Shown here: positions 1 to 10,700 of the stretch, piece by piece
Numbering within the stretch: position 1 is the stretch's first letter
Layout: every line of letters begins with the position of its first letter
Source: an uncultured bacterium
Lineage (GTDB): Bacteria > Desulfobacterota > Deferrimicrobia > J040
DNA: 34,746 nucleotides
Assembly: GCA_964587345.1 (NCBI GenBank)
Contig: CAZPLX010000001.1
Span: 1 to 34,746 of the forward strand
Direction of reading: 5' to 3'
Program-made: the position numbers and the translations under genes
The notes under the pieces: generated by a model
What the model saw: only the letters and a program-made list of their open reading frames with translations
What the model was told of the DNA's origin: nothing
The model's database searches: none

Positions 1-26
1 TCTCATTGCCCTTTTCCTCGATTTCT

Positions 27-356
27 TTAGAGTTTCCCCACAAGGATAAATGCGATGACGAGGGTGTAGATCACAAGGGACTCAATGAGGGCAAGTCCCA
101 CGATCATGGGAATGAAAATTTTGTTCTGGGCGGAAGGGTTACGCGCAATCCCCTCGAGGCCAGACGCAATGGCTCTACCCTGACCGAGAGCTCCTCCAAA
201 TGAAGCTATCGATATACCAAAACCCGCGGCGAGTGCAATGAACGCATTCGCGCTCGTTCCGGCTGCGGCTGCACCCTCTTCAGCCCCAAACGCCAGCTGG
301 GCAACTGCTAAGACAAGCAGTACGAAAAGTGAGGTAAATAAAGCTTTTCTGGACAT
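27..356 (-). CDS. atpE: F0F1 ATP synthase subunit c (proteolipid) with an N-terminal signal-peptide-like extension
   Basis: 109-aa ORF. It has a two-helix hairpin with glycine-rich helix 1 (GFGISIASFGGALGQG), a polar loop (GIARNPSA) and a carboxylate in helix 2 (LALIESLVIY). AGGAG lies about 7 nt upstream of the ATG at 356. The gene sits directly downstream of atpB. Confidence 0.93.
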   Translation of the reverse strand: MSRKALFTSLFVLLVLAVAQLAFGAEEGAAAAGTSANAFIALAAGFGISIASFGGALGQGRAIASGLEGIARNPSAQNKIFIPMIVGLALIESLVIYTLVIAFILVGKL

Positions 357-410
357 CTAATCTCTCCTTTTTTGGGATCTGTATTATTTAAAGGCATATT
401 GCCCTTCAAA

Positions 411-1172
411 TCAGTGTTCCTCCTCGTGTGCTATGGCACCCGCAATGTAAATCATTGAAAGAACGGCAAAGATAAATGCCTGCATGAAAGAGACAAAGAC
501 ACCTAAACCGTAAAAAATAGTGGGTACTACGAAAGGCACCAGGCCCAGGAATATTCCCACCACAAGATGGTCCCCGGTGATGTTCCCGAAAAGCCTCAAG
601 GAAAGTGACATGGGCCGTGCGAGATGGCTAATCATTTCGATGGGGATCATCAGGGGAGCCAGGAGAGGGACAGGCCCGACAAAATGTTTGAAATAAGCAC
701 TCCCGTGGGCCATCACGCCAAATATGTGGGTTGCAAAGAATATGACGAGAGCACACCCCACCGTGATATTCATCTTGTCGGTAGGAGGGAGAAATCCCGG
801 TATGAGGCCGAGAAGGTTCATGAACAGGATATAGATGAAAATAGTCCCAAAAAGGGACATATACTTCTCCGCTTCCTCCCCCATAATCCCTTCTGCGATG
901 CTCAATACGAACATGATGATGAGTTCCATGAAATTCCTCATGGTCAATTTCTCATCGGGGATAACCAGCTCCTCTGGGTCCTTCTTTCCCACGGTGACAA
1001 AGGATACTATCATTATAAAAAGGGCGACAACGATCGCTCCGATCATGTACTGGGGCAGGCCCGGAATCTTAATAAGACCGAACCATGAGAATCCATGCTC
1101 CTCTCCCGCCCATGCCAGAGCCGGCACAAGTGCAAGAATAAGGACGAGAGGCACTAGAAGTTTTCTCTTCAT
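411..1172 (-). CDS. atpB: F0F1 ATP synthase subunit a
   Basis: Polytopic membrane protein with the conserved stator arginine motif (MSLSLRLFGNITGDH). The track ORF extends to 1226, but the ATG at 1172 (MKRKLLVPL...) is preceded by GGAGGAAAAAGA, so the shorter start is preferred. Confidence 0.9.
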   Translation of the reverse strand: MKRKLLVPLVLILALVPALAWAGEEHGFSWFGLIKIPGLPQYMIGAIVVALFIMIVSFVTVGKKDPEELVIPDEKLTMRNFMELIIMFVLSIAEGIMGEEAEKYMSLFGTIFIYILFMNLLGLIPGFLPPTDKMNITVGCALVIFFATHIFGVMAHGSAYFKHFVGPVPLLAPLMIPIEMISHLARPMSLSLRLFGNITGDHLVVGIFLGLVPFVVPTIFYGLGVFVSFMQAFIFAVLSMIYIAGAIAHEEEH

Positions 1173-1189
1173 TCTTTTTCCTCCAGCAG

Positions 1190-1555
1190 TTAACTTTCCC
1201 AGATCGCCCGTCGTATTCCTTCGCACACAATCCCCAAGAGAAGGCTCGAAATCCCGGCGAGAAACCCTAACATATCAAACTTCCGGCTACTTACCAGCAG
1301 GTAGACTATCAGGATAATCGCGAGGAATTTTACACCATACAGTACAGCGATTGCAAATCTGATTTTATCCTGCCGACGAAAAGCCCTCAATATAATCGCC
1401 TTGATAGCAACGTAGTTTCCGTAGGCCACCAGGCCCCCTGCAATTGCTCCCCCAACTTTCTCACGCATTCCAAAGATCATGAAAAAAATGACTATCAGAA
1501 GAGCAGAGAAGAGGATGAACCATTCGATCGCTCTGGAACTGGTTTCCTCCTTCAC
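1190..1555 (-). CDS. atpI: ATP synthase protein I-like small membrane protein
   Basis: 121-aa hydrophobic protein with about 4 TM segments, immediately upstream of atpB. This is the typical atpI position. The GTG start overlaps the upstream stop (GTGA at 1552-1555). Confidence 0.7.
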   Translation of the reverse strand: MKEETSSRAIEWFILFSALLIVIFFMIFGMREKVGGAIAGGLVAYGNYVAIKAIILRAFRRQDKIRFAIAVLYGVKFLAIILIVYLLVSSRKFDMLGFLAGISSLLLGIVCEGIRRAIWES

Positions 1556-1809
1556 TTTTTCCTGCCCGATTCGTTCTCTTTATCCGCTTCCTTTGCCGCC
1601 CTCGAAGCCGCCCGCAGGAGACTACGAAGCCCCGCCACGAAGCCAAAGATGAGAAAAAGAAGGGTCAACCAGGGTGAAGAATGCAACCTTTTATCGAGGA
1701 AAGAACCAATCGCGAGACCGATCACAACTGACAATGCCATCTCGATTCCAAGAGAGGCATATTTTCCTATCTCCCCGTATATGCTCGGCTTTTTCCCTCG
1801 CCTCTTCAA
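1552..1809 (-). CDS. AtpZ/AtpR-like putative F0F1-ATPase accessory membrane protein
   Basis: 85-aa protein with two TM helices (YASLGIEMALSVVIGLAIGSFLD and WLTLLFLIFGFVAGL) and a basic C-terminal tail, in first position of the atpZ-I-B-E cluster. The apparent start is TTG at 1809, with GGGGTG 4 nt upstream. Confidence 0.6.
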   Translation of the reverse strand: MKRRGKKPSIYGEIGKYASLGIEMALSVVIGLAIGSFLDKRLHSSPWLTLLFLIFGFVAGLRSLLRAASRAAKEADKENESGRKK

Positions 1810-1864
1810 AGATCACCCCGCCATCCCCGGCAAAGGCCGAGGACTTCCGCCAACAAACTCCCAT

Positions 1865-1893
1865 TTTCTAGCATACATTACGGCCCGGGTCAA
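1865..1893 (-). promoter_or_regulatory. Candidate sigma70-type promoter for atpZ-atpI-atpB-atpE
   Basis: On the minus strand: TTGACC (1893-1888), a 17-nt spacer, then TAGAAA (1870-1865). It lies about 55 nt upstream of the atpZ start, in the only sizeable spacer (1810-1913) of this gene train. Confidence 0.35.
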
Positions 1894-1913
1894 CAAAAAA
1901 TGGGCATCATCCG

Positions 1914-4757
1914 TTATTTCCCGACAGCGATCTTTTTCTGTTCTTCCACAAGGATCTTTTTCAGGTAATGTCCCGTGTAGGATTCCTCGACTGCCGCCAC
2001 ATCTTCAGGCGTCCCCTCCGCAACCACTCTTCCTCCCCCATCTCCCCCCTCTGGTCCCAGATCGATTACATGGTCAGCTGACTTGATTACATCCAGGTTG
2101 TGTTCAATAATTACGATGGTGTTTCCTCTTTCGGCAAGGAGGTTGAGAACCGTCAACAGCTTCTTTATATCGTCAAAATGGAGCCCTGTGGTAGGTTCGT
2201 CGAGAAGGTAGAGAGTTTTTCCCGTCGCTCTTCGAGACAGCTCCTTTGATAATTTTACCCTCTGTGCCTCCCCACCTGAAAGGGTTGTTGCGCTCTGTCC
2301 GAGTTTTATGTATCCCAGCCCCACTTCCTGAAGAGTCTTCAACTTCTTCTGGATTCGTGGGATCGTGTGGAAAAATTCCCGGGCCTGATTTACCGTCATA
2401 TCGAGAACATCCGCAATAGTCCTTCCACGATAACCGATCTCCAGGGTCTCTCTGTTGAAGCGTTTTCCCCCGCAGAGATCACAGGTTACATAGACATCGG
2501 GCATGAAATGCATCTCGATTTTGATAAGCCCTCCTCCCCGACACGCTTCGCATCGCCCTCCTTTCACGTTGAAAGAAAAACGTCCCGCCTTGTAACCCCT
2601 GGCCCTCGCTTCGGGGAGCATTGCGAAGAGTTCTCGGATGAAGGTAAACACCCCTGTGTAGGTGGCAGGGTTAGAGCGGGGTGTTCTTCCTATGGGAGAC
2701 TGGTCGATGTTTACGAGTTGGTCGATTCCTTCCGCTCCCTTCAATTCATCGTGAGGTGCAGGTCGAAACCTCGATCGGACCAATTTCTGGGCAACCGCAG
2801 GCTTGAGGGTGTCGAACACGAGAGTCGATTTCCCCGATCCCGACACACCGGTCACACAGGTGATGACACCCAGCGGCATCTTCACATTAATGTCCTTCAG
2901 ATTATTCCCTCGGCATCCCAGGAGTTCTAAGTATCCACCTTCCCCCCTCCGCCATTTTAGGGGCAGGGGGATCTCCTTCTTCTTCGAAAGGTATTGCCCT
3001 GTGAGAGACCGGGCTTCGGCACACACATCCTCCACACCTCCCGAAGCAACAACTTCGCCTCCTTTTACACCTGCTCCCGGCCCCATGTCGACGATAAAAT
3101 CCGCTGTCCTGATTGTTTCCTCATCGTGTTCAACGACGATCACGCTGTTTCCCTGATCCCTGAGCTCTTTAAGTGTTCCAAGGAGTCGGCGGTTGTCCCG
3201 CTGATGGAGACCTATGCTCGGTTCATCGAGGATATACATTACTCCCACGAGGGAAGCCCCGATCTGAGTGGCGAGACGGATCCTCTGCCCTTCTCCTCCC
3301 GAAAGAGTCGACGACGCTCTGTCCAGAGTCAGATAGTCAAGGCCCACATTCCCAAGAAAGAAAAGGCGGGATTCCACTTCTTTGATTACCCGTGAAACGA
3401 TCAGCAGCTCTTTCTCCCCAAGCTCAAGACCTTCAAAGAACCGGATTGCCCCATTTACGGAAAGCCGCGTGATCTCCTGTATATTGAGCCCCCCCACGGT
3501 GACCAGAAGAGCTTCCTCCCGAAGCCTGGCCCCTCCGCACCCCCTGCAGGGTATCTGACGCATATAGCGCCCCATGAGCTCCTTCACCGCATCAGATTCA
3601 GTTTCCCGGTACCGTTTTTCAAGGTATGAGACGACCCCCTCGAAGGGTTTCCAGTAAAAATGCCTTTTCCGACTGTCGTCATAGTAGAAACGGACTTCCT
3701 CGCCCTCCGTGCCATAAAGTATGATTTTCCTCACCTTTGAGGGGAGTTTCTTGAAGGGAGTGGTGAGAGAGAAGGTATAGTGACGGGAAAGGGCCTCGAG
3801 AAGATTGAGAAAATAGGTCGATCCCTTCTTTTCCCAGGGTGCGATTGCCCCCTCCCTGATCGACTTGGCTGGATCGGGAACAATCAGTTCCGGATCAAAA
3901 TAGTTCGTTGTACCCAGGCCATAACACTCCTGGCACGCTCCATAGGGATTATTAAAGGAGAAAAAACGGGGAGAGATTTCCGGAATGCTAAAATTACAGT
4001 CGGGACAGGAAAACTTCTCGCTGAAATAAAACTCCTCTCCCCCCTTCTCCTGGACCATCACGACCCCTTTTCCTATCCTCAGGGAAAGTTCCAGGGATTC
4101 TGCGATCCTCCCCCTGTTTCCGGGACGGACACTGATTCTGTCAACCACCACTTCTATACTGTGTTTCCTTTTTCTGTCGAGAGATATCTCTTCACCAAGA
4201 TCACGAATGGTTCCATCCACCCGGACTCTCGCAAAACCTTCTTTTCGCAACCCTTCCAGTTCCTTCCTGTATTCCCCTTTTCTTCCCCTCACAAGAGGGG
4301 CAAGCAACACGACCTTAGCCCCCTCTCCAAGGGAAAGAAGAGAATCAGCCATCTGGGACACGGTTTGAGAGCGAATCTCACGTGCGCAGTGGGGGCAGGA
4401 GAGGGTCCCGACAGAAGCGAAAAGGAGCCGAAGATAGTCGTAGAGTTCCGTAACCGTCCCTACCGTGGAGCGAGGATTCTTGCTCACACTTTTCTGTTCG
4501 ATCGATATGGCAGGGGAGAGCCCCTCTATGGAATCCACATCGGGCTTTTCCATGAGTTCAAGAAACTGCCTCGCATAGGCAGATAAGGATTCCACATACC
4601 TTCGCTGTCCCTCCGCATAGATCGTATCAAAAGCAAGAGACGATTTCCCAGACCCGGACACACCTGTAATCACGACGAAACGGTTCCTTGGAATCGCGAG
4701 GCAGACGCTTTTCAGATTGTGTTCTTTTGCCCCTTTTATTACGATAGAGCTCTTCAA
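1914..4757 (-). CDS. uvrA: Excinuclease ABC subunit A
   Basis: 947 aa. Two ABC modules with Walker A motifs GVSGSGKSS and GVSGSGKST. Zinc-finger cysteine pairs CPHC, CPDC, CQEC, CEAC and CDLC. Signature LSGGE occurs twice. The TTG start overlaps the pdxA stop (TTGA at 4754-4757). Confidence 0.97.
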   Translation of the reverse strand: MKSSIVIKGAKEHNLKSVCLAIPRNRFVVITGVSGSGKSSLAFDTIYAEGQRRYVESLSAYARQFLELMEKPDVDSIEGLSPAISIEQKSVSKNPRSTVGTVTELYDYLRLLFASVGTLSCPHCAREIRSQTVSQMADSLLSLGEGAKVVLLAPLVRGRKGEYRKELEGLRKEGFARVRVDGTIRDLGEEISLDRKRKHSIEVVVDRISVRPGNRGRIAESLELSLRIGKGVVMVQEKGGEEFYFSEKFSCPDCNFSIPEISPRFFSFNNPYGACQECYGLGTTNYFDPELIVPDPAKSIREGAIAPWEKKGSTYFLNLLEALSRHYTFSLTTPFKKLPSKVRKIILYGTEGEEVRFYYDDSRKRHFYWKPFEGVVSYLEKRYRETESDAVKELMGRYMRQIPCRGCGGARLREEALLVTVGGLNIQEITRLSVNGAIRFFEGLELGEKELLIVSRVIKEVESRLFFLGNVGLDYLTLDRASSTLSGGEGQRIRLATQIGASLVGVMYILDEPSIGLHQRDNRRLLGTLKELRDQGNSVIVVEHDEETIRTADFIVDMGPGAGVKGGEVVASGGVEDVCAEARSLTGQYLSKKKEIPLPLKWRRGEGGYLELLGCRGNNLKDINVKMPLGVITCVTGVSGSGKSTLVFDTLKPAVAQKLVRSRFRPAPHDELKGAEGIDQLVNIDQSPIGRTPRSNPATYTGVFTFIRELFAMLPEARARGYKAGRFSFNVKGGRCEACRGGGLIKIEMHFMPDVYVTCDLCGGKRFNRETLEIGYRGRTIADVLDMTVNQAREFFHTIPRIQKKLKTLQEVGLGYIKLGQSATTLSGGEAQRVKLSKELSRRATGKTLYLLDEPTTGLHFDDIKKLLTVLNLLAERGNTIVIIEHNLDVIKSADHVIDLGPEGGDGGGRVVAEGTPEDVAAVEESYTGHYLKKILVEEQKKIAVGK

Positions 4758-5746
4758 CGGCCACCATCCTTCCCCACCATCTGTTGGGCAAGGGAGATAG
4801 CTGACACGAGACTCGTCTCCTTCGCTTCCCCTTTCCAGGCAATGTCGTACGCAGTTCCATGGTCGACAGAAGTGCGTACTATGGGAAGTCCGAGAGTGAC
4901 ATTCACTCCCGTGTCGAAATGTACGAGTTTCAGGGGGATGAGACCCTGATCATGGTACATGCAGAGTACCACGTCAAACTCCCCATTGAAGGCCCTGTAG
5001 AAAATCGTGTCGGGGGGGAAGGGCCCTGATGCTGAGATACCCTTTTCTCTGGCCCGAAGCAGGGCTGGTGCGATCACCTCTATCTCCTCCCTGCCTAAGA
5101 GACCCCCTTCTCCTCCGTGAGGGTTGAGACCGGCAACCGCTATCCTGGGATCCCTGATACCAAATTTGTTGATGAAGTCCCCGTGTACGATGGAGAGAGT
5201 CTCGAAGACAAGATCTTCAGAGAGGAGTGATATGGCCTCTGAAAGGGAAACGTGAATTGTCGCCAGAGCTACTTTCAAATTCTCCCCTGCGAGCATCATT
5301 ACCACTCTTCCCGTCTTTGTGAGGTCCCGGATAAATTCTGTGTGTCCCCGGTAGGAATATTCCGTCAGGGCAATTGCTTCTTTATTAATCGGACAGGTCA
5401 CCATCCCCGCGACAAGGCCTTCCAGGGCATCGAGAGCGGCCCCCTTTACTGATGCCATCATGAGTTTCGCGCCCTCACGGGTGGCAATACCCGGGGTCAC
5501 GGATGGAATCTCACTGCCGAGAGGATTTATCACCTCAATATCTCTTCCCCCTGCATGCACTCCCCCGGCCACCGAATCAGCATCTCTCCCGATTAACCGG
5601 AACGCCCGTACCATCACCCTGCCGTCTCCGTAAATTACTGGATGGCAAAGTGAGCTGACATCTTCCCGTAACAACGCCTTCGCGATGATCTCAGGACCTA
5701 TCCCTGAAGGATCTCCCATGGTTATGGCAAGGCGCGCTTTTCCCAT
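4754..5746 (-). CDS. pdxA: 4-hydroxythreonine-4-phosphate dehydrogenase
   Basis: 330 aa with motifs [21 protein letters not shown] and MYHDQGL, all typical of the PdxA family. The surA-like/pdxA linkage matches that in E. coli. Confidence 0.9.
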   Translation of the reverse strand: MGKARLAITMGDPSGIGPEIIAKALLREDVSSLCHPVIYGDGRVMVRAFRLIGRDADSVAGGVHAGGRDIEVINPLGSEIPSVTPGIATREGAKLMMASVKGAALDALEGLVAGMVTCPINKEAIALTEYSYRGHTEFIRDLTKTGRVVMMLAGENLKVALATIHVSLSEAISLLSEDLVFETLSIVHGDFINKFGIRDPRIAVAGLNPHGGEGGLLGREEIEVIAPALLRAREKGISASGPFPPDTIFYRAFNGEFDVVLCMYHDQGLIPLKLVHFDTGVNVTLGLPIVRTSVDHGTAYDIAWKGEAKETSLVSAISLAQQMVGKDGGR

Positions 5747-5768
5747 CTTCCTGCCCCGGGCCCCGGTC

Positions 5769-6758
5769 TTAAAGGTGTACCTCTATGTAAGAGGAATCTC
5801 TCAATGTTTTCACGATCTCTTTTATCGCCACGAGACTTCTCCTGCTCACCAGCTCTTCCCTTATTGATTCTTTCACATCTTTAAAGGGCACTACCGTCCC
5901 CCCTTTCCTTTCAACTACTTTTACATATACGATCCTGTTCTCTACAAAGAGAGAGCGGGAAATTGACCCGGTTCCCAGATGTGACACCTCCTCTTTGATA
6001 TCGTCGCTCATATCATCTACTCCCATGAGTCCCGTTTTCGTGCGCACCATATTTACCCCATTGTCTTCATAGTAAGATTTCAGTTCTCTCCCATCCCCTC
6101 CCAGATCAAGGAGCCTATCGCCCCCACGAATTAACTGCCGGTAACGGATAATCTTCTCCTTCTCCCCTGTCCCGGGAAGGGAAAAAGAGAGTATTTCGAC
6201 ATTCACCTTGTAATGTCTCGTAAAGCGGTCCCGGTTATCCACGTAGTAGCCTTTCGCCTCACCATCTGTTACGAGAACTTCTTTACGCTTCATTACCTGA
6301 ATGATCCTGCTCTTTTCTATCTCTTCCCGGAGGTTGCTCCGGTAACTCTCTAAATTGAGGCCTTCTTTTTTCAGAGCCTCCTTAAAAGCATCTTTAGAAA
6401 GCTTATTCTGTGACAGGATATTGCTGATTACTCTATCGAGTTCATTGTCCGTCACCGACCGGTCCATGCCCTCCAATTTCAGCCTGATGAGCATTACGTT
6501 GATAAAACCATCTGTCATCGACTTCAATTTATTCCGGGATGTTTCTTTCCGCAGGAAATCGTCTGCGTCACCTATGGAAATCTGAAACTTTTGTGCCACA
6601 AAATCCCTGAACTCGGAAAAGGTTACCGCCTTCCCGTTAATGTTCATGAAGACCCCATCAATGATCTTCCCCCGTCCCCTCATAGGAGATGCGAGAATCA
6701 TCAGGCATGCGAGCATTCCCGCGATAAGGAATCTACGTCTCCATTTCATATGCGTCAC
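5769..6758 (-). CDS. SurA-like periplasmic chaperone with a degenerate parvulin-like C-terminal region
   Basis: 329 aa. N-terminal signal sequence (RRRFLIAGMLACLMILASP), then a SurA N-domain-like segment (IDGVFMNINGKAVTFSEF). The C-terminus only loosely resembles a PpiC rotamase. The start is GTG at 6758 or ATG at 6749. Confidence 0.6.
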   Translation of the reverse strand: MTHMKWRRRFLIAGMLACLMILASPMRGRGKIIDGVFMNINGKAVTFSEFRDFVAQKFQISIGDADDFLRKETSRNKLKSMTDGFINVMLIRLKLEGMDRSVTDNELDRVISNILSQNKLSKDAFKEALKKEGLNLESYRSNLREEIEKSRIIQVMKRKEVLVTDGEAKGYYVDNRDRFTRHYKVNVEILSFSLPGTGEKEKIIRYRQLIRGGDRLLDLGGDGRELKSYYEDNGVNMVRTKTGLMGVDDMSDDIKEEVSHLGTGSISRSLFVENRIVYVKVVERKGGTVVPFKDVKESIREELVSRRSLVAIKEIVKTLRDSSYIEVHL

Positions 6759-7750
6759 TCCTCCCGGCTCTCAAGTTTTCCCAGAGCCACTTCATTAATC
6801 TTTATCCTCGACAGGTTGAACTGTTTCTGAAGCCAGTCTGCAAGGTACTGGTCCTGTTTCTGAACGTAGAGCTTTGCCTTGATTTTCCGGATCGCCTTCC
6901 ATTGTGACATATGATGTTTCTTCACAATTTTCACAACCCGGAAAAATGCGTAGGAACTGGGAAGTTTCACGATTTCTGATATACCCTTCTCCTTGAGATC
7001 TTTCAAATTTTTCACATATTCTCCCCTGAGTTCCTTCTCAGTCATAAATCCCAGGTCGTAGAGAGTTCCCTTGATCGCCGCTCCCTCGAGGACAAACCGG
7101 TCCCTGGTTCCATCGGTTTTACCCAGGATTAATTTCGCCCTTGCTGCATCCTCTTCGCTCATGAATACATACTCTAAAAGGTGCCATTTCTTTGGAACTG
7201 AGATCCGTTTCCCCAAATGGATCCTGTTGTTTTTCATATAGTTTGCAACTGCCCTTGAGGAAACCGGGGGAGCTTTTTTCCTGATCCTTTCGGATGTTTT
7301 TTCTATGAGCAATGTTTTCAGGAGTTTCTCTTCCCACACCTTTTCCTTGATGCCCTCCTTCAGAAGGAGCTCTTCGAAACTTCCTTCGGGATAGTCCTGT
7401 TTAATCTCCCTCACCGCATCATGGAGTTCCTGATCTGACACCGCAATGCCAATCCTGCCCGCCTCTTCCACAATCAATGCCTTGCGGATCAACCGCTTCA
7501 ACGCCTTCACAATCTCCCCCCTAGATGCTTCTTCCACCTCAAGAGTCGCAGAAAAACCCCGGACCTCAAGAATTTCACGCTTCAGATCTTCCAGGGTGAT
7601 CGCCATCTTGTTCATCGTTGCCACCACAATGTCTCTGCGCCCCTTTTCTTTCCCTTCCTTCCCGAAGAAACCACACCCGGCAAAGAGGGCACAAAGGAGT
7701 AAAAGGGAAATCAGGCGGCCCCATCTCTTACGAACCAGTAGAACTCTCAT
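6755..7750 (-). CDS. PpiC/SurA-family lipoprotein (putative periplasmic folding factor)
   Basis: 331 aa with a lipobox LFAGC after a basic/hydrophobic leader, a SurA_N-like segment (VVATMNKMAITLEDLKREI) and a weak parvulin-like C-terminus. It overlaps the mfd 3' end by 23 nt. Confidence 0.55.
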   Translation of the reverse strand: MRVLLVRKRWGRLISLLLLCALFAGCGFFGKEGKEKGRRDIVVATMNKMAITLEDLKREILEVRGFSATLEVEEASRGEIVKALKRLIRKALIVEEAGRIGIAVSDQELHDAVREIKQDYPEGSFEELLLKEGIKEKVWEEKLLKTLLIEKTSERIRKKAPPVSSRAVANYMKNNRIHLGKRISVPKKWHLLEYVFMSEEDAARAKLILGKTDGTRDRFVLEGAAIKGTLYDLGFMTEKELRGEYVKNLKDLKEKGISEIVKLPSSYAFFRVVKIVKKHHMSQWKAIRKIKAKLYVQKQDQYLADWLQKQFNLSRIKINEVALGKLESREE

Positions 7751-10700
7751 CGATCATAATCCTCTGCTCTCCTAACACCTCATTGATTTCCGTGAGGAGG
7801 ACATTCCACTCGAGACCATCAAAAGCAGTCGCCCTGTAAAATCTTCCCCGCCGATCGAAACCGAAAACCCCATCACCGCGTGTGATGAGCCCGGCGAGAT
7901 AACGCCTGTCTACCGGTGATTCAGGGATAAAGGAAATATACATCTTACCCCGTCCCACTTTCAATTCTTTTACACCCACCTCGGCGAGTGACGCTCTTAA
8001 AATACTTACCTTCAGGAAATGTTTAACGGGAGGAGGGCAGGGACCGTACCTATCTTCGATCTCTCCCGCCACAGCTTCATACTCGTCGTAAGAACGGATG
8101 AGAGATATCTTCCTGTACGCTTCGAGTTTCCCCCTTTCGTCCCTGATATATTCGTCAGGAATGTAGGCAGACACGGGAATGTGAACGTCGGGGAGAATCC
8201 ACTGTTTTCTTTCCTTCTCCTGTAATATTTCCACCGCCTCCTCGAGGAACCGGAGGTACATGGAGTACCCCACGTTCTGAATATGCCCTGACTGGTGTGG
8301 TCCAAGGATATCCCCCGCGCCCCTTATATCGAGGTCCTGGGACGCGAGCTGGAACCCCGAACCGAGTTCATCGAGTTCTTCTATTGCAGACAGCCGGGAG
8401 AGGGCGTCTCCAGAACATTTCTCCCTCGGAGGCATTATGAAGTAAGCGTATGCACGTTTTCTCTCTCTTCCGACTCTCCCCCTTAACTGGTAGAGCTGCG
8501 CGAGGCCGAAAGTGTGGGCTCTGTCGACTATTATTGTATTTGCTCTGGGCACATCGAGTCCCGATTCAACGATTGCCGTGCTCAGGAGCAAGTCGATCTC
8601 TCCTCTGTAAAAGCGTCCCATGATCGATTCGAGACGGGAGGAATTCATCTGTCCGTGGGCAACTTCGATCCGCGCAGTGGGTATTGCCTCTCTCAAGAAT
8701 CGTTCAACCCGTCCGATTGTCTGCACCCGGTTATGAATAAAATAGACCTGTCCTCCCCGCCGAAGCTCTCTTCCCACAGCTTCCCTCACAATATCTTCCG
8801 AGAAAGGGACCACGAAGTTCCTGATGGACAGCCGTTCCCTTGGGGGTGTCGAAATAATGCTGATATCCCTGATCCCCGATAACGCAATGTTCAACGTCCT
8901 GGGAATGGGAGTTGCCGTAAGGGTAAGAATGTTGACAGAGGGCCGAAGTTTTTTCAGTTTCTCCTTGTGCATGACGCCAAACTTCTGTTCTTCGTCCACA
9001 ATAAGGAGACCCAGCTCCCTGAACTCCAGATCTCCCTGAAGAAGGCGGTGTGTTCCGATCACGATATCTACTGTTCCCCCTTCGAGCCCTTTCAGAACCT
9101 TATCCTGATCTTCTTTTTGCACGAATCGGCTCAGGGCTTCCACCTGAACGGGAAATTTCTCGAATCGCCTGGTAAAGGTCCGCAGGTGCTGCTCTGCGAG
9201 AACTGTGGTAGGGCAGAGAAGAGCCACCTGCTTTCCAGACATGGCGGTAAGAAAGGCTGCGCGTAAGGCAACTTCCGTCTTCCCGTACCCCACATCACCG
9301 CATACGAGACGGTCCATGACCTCTTTCCCGGTAAGATCGTCCATAACTTCCTTAATCGCCCTTTCCTGGTCCGGGGTTTCCTCGAACTCGAAATCTCCCG
9401 CAAACTCTTCGTAGACCCCATCTGGTTCGGGGAAGGGAGGTGTGTGACTCATTTCCCTTGCCGCATAAATGGATAGGAGCTCTGCCGCTATTTTCTGAAC
9501 CCTCGCTTTCACCTTCTTCTTCGTAGCCTGCCACTTCTTCCCCCCGAGTCTATCCATCAGAGGGTCACCTCGCTCTCCCCCTCTGTAGCGTTGAATAAGA
9601 TCAAATCTTGTGACTGGAAGATAAAGCAAATCCCCACCAGAATACTCGATTACCCCGAAATCTGCGATGTTTCCACCCACTTTCTTCCTTTCTAACCCCT
9701 TAAATTGCCCTATCCCATAATCATCATGCACTATATAGTCGTTTGCTCCAAATATATCGTGGAAATGTTCCTTTTTCCTTCTTTTTCCTGTGCTGGTGGG
9801 TGATATGGCCCTTTTACCGAGGATATCACCCTCTGTGAGAACCAATAATCCCTCTTTTTTCTCAATGAATCCCTCTTTAATCCCGGAAACAATAAAATAG
9901 AGGCGACTTCCATTCCCTTCGATCTCCTCCCCCTCTTTCATCGGGAGAGGAAAAATCTCATGTTCCCGCAACAGTTTCCCCAGAACCTGGAGGCGGTATT
10001 CTCCCCGTGCAGTAAACAGAACAGTCCACCCATCTCTTCTCACATCTTTGACAAGGGAAACTGCGCTTTCAATCTTCTTAAAAGCGACCCCAGAAGGCAT
10101 GAATTGGGTGGGAAATTCAAGATCATATCCGAAAAAGGTGTCTTGAACCTCAGATCCCGGAAGGAGATCGAAGGCCCTGGTTGAAAACTTCTCACTTATG
10201 GCACCAAGCTCTCCGGGGCTGATCCAGAGCTCTTCAGGAGGAGGAAAATCATCACCACTTCCCTTCCATATGGAGTGGGCTAACTCCGATAAAAAACGGC
10301 ACCTTTTCTCCACTTCCGTGTAGTTGTAGAACACGACCTCAGGATCATCACCAAAATAATCGGTGAGAAACCCCACCTTTCCATAAATTCTGGGGAGCTG
10401 GAATTCAACCCCCGGGCTCCGGATTCCCTCACGGATAAAAGAGCAGACAGAAGCGGGCAGTTCATCTTCTTCTCCTCCCCAATGTCCCTCGATAACCTCC
10501 GAGACAGGAGAGAGGATAGCCTCCTCCCGCCACTCAACAGTCCGCTGGGAGGGAGGATCGAAAAGCCGTACAGACTCTACCCTGTCCCCGTTGAATTCTA
10601 TGCGAACCGGAAGTGGTGTCCCTGGCGGATAGCAGTCGATGATTCCCCCCCGCAGCGCAAAATCTCCTGGATCAGATACCTCAGGAATCCGCTCAAAACC

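Noticed and set aside
1173-1226. An 18-codon N-terminal extension of atpB in the ORF track, overlapping the atpI 3' end.
   Set aside because: The internal ATG at 1172 has a strong GGAGG SD and gives a normal signal-like N-terminus. The extension has no SD and would overlap atpI by 37 nt.
3780-4586. 268-aa plus-strand ORF antisense to uvrA. Similar long antisense ORFs occur at 624-1317, 2367-3395, 12181-13272, 16799-17437, 27369-27953 and 30464-30975.
   Set aside because: Each lies entirely inside a confidently identified gene on the opposite strand. Their translations are low-complexity (Ser/Pro/Arg/Phe-rich) and lack SD-linked starts. These are typical shadow ORFs produced by codon bias of the real gene.
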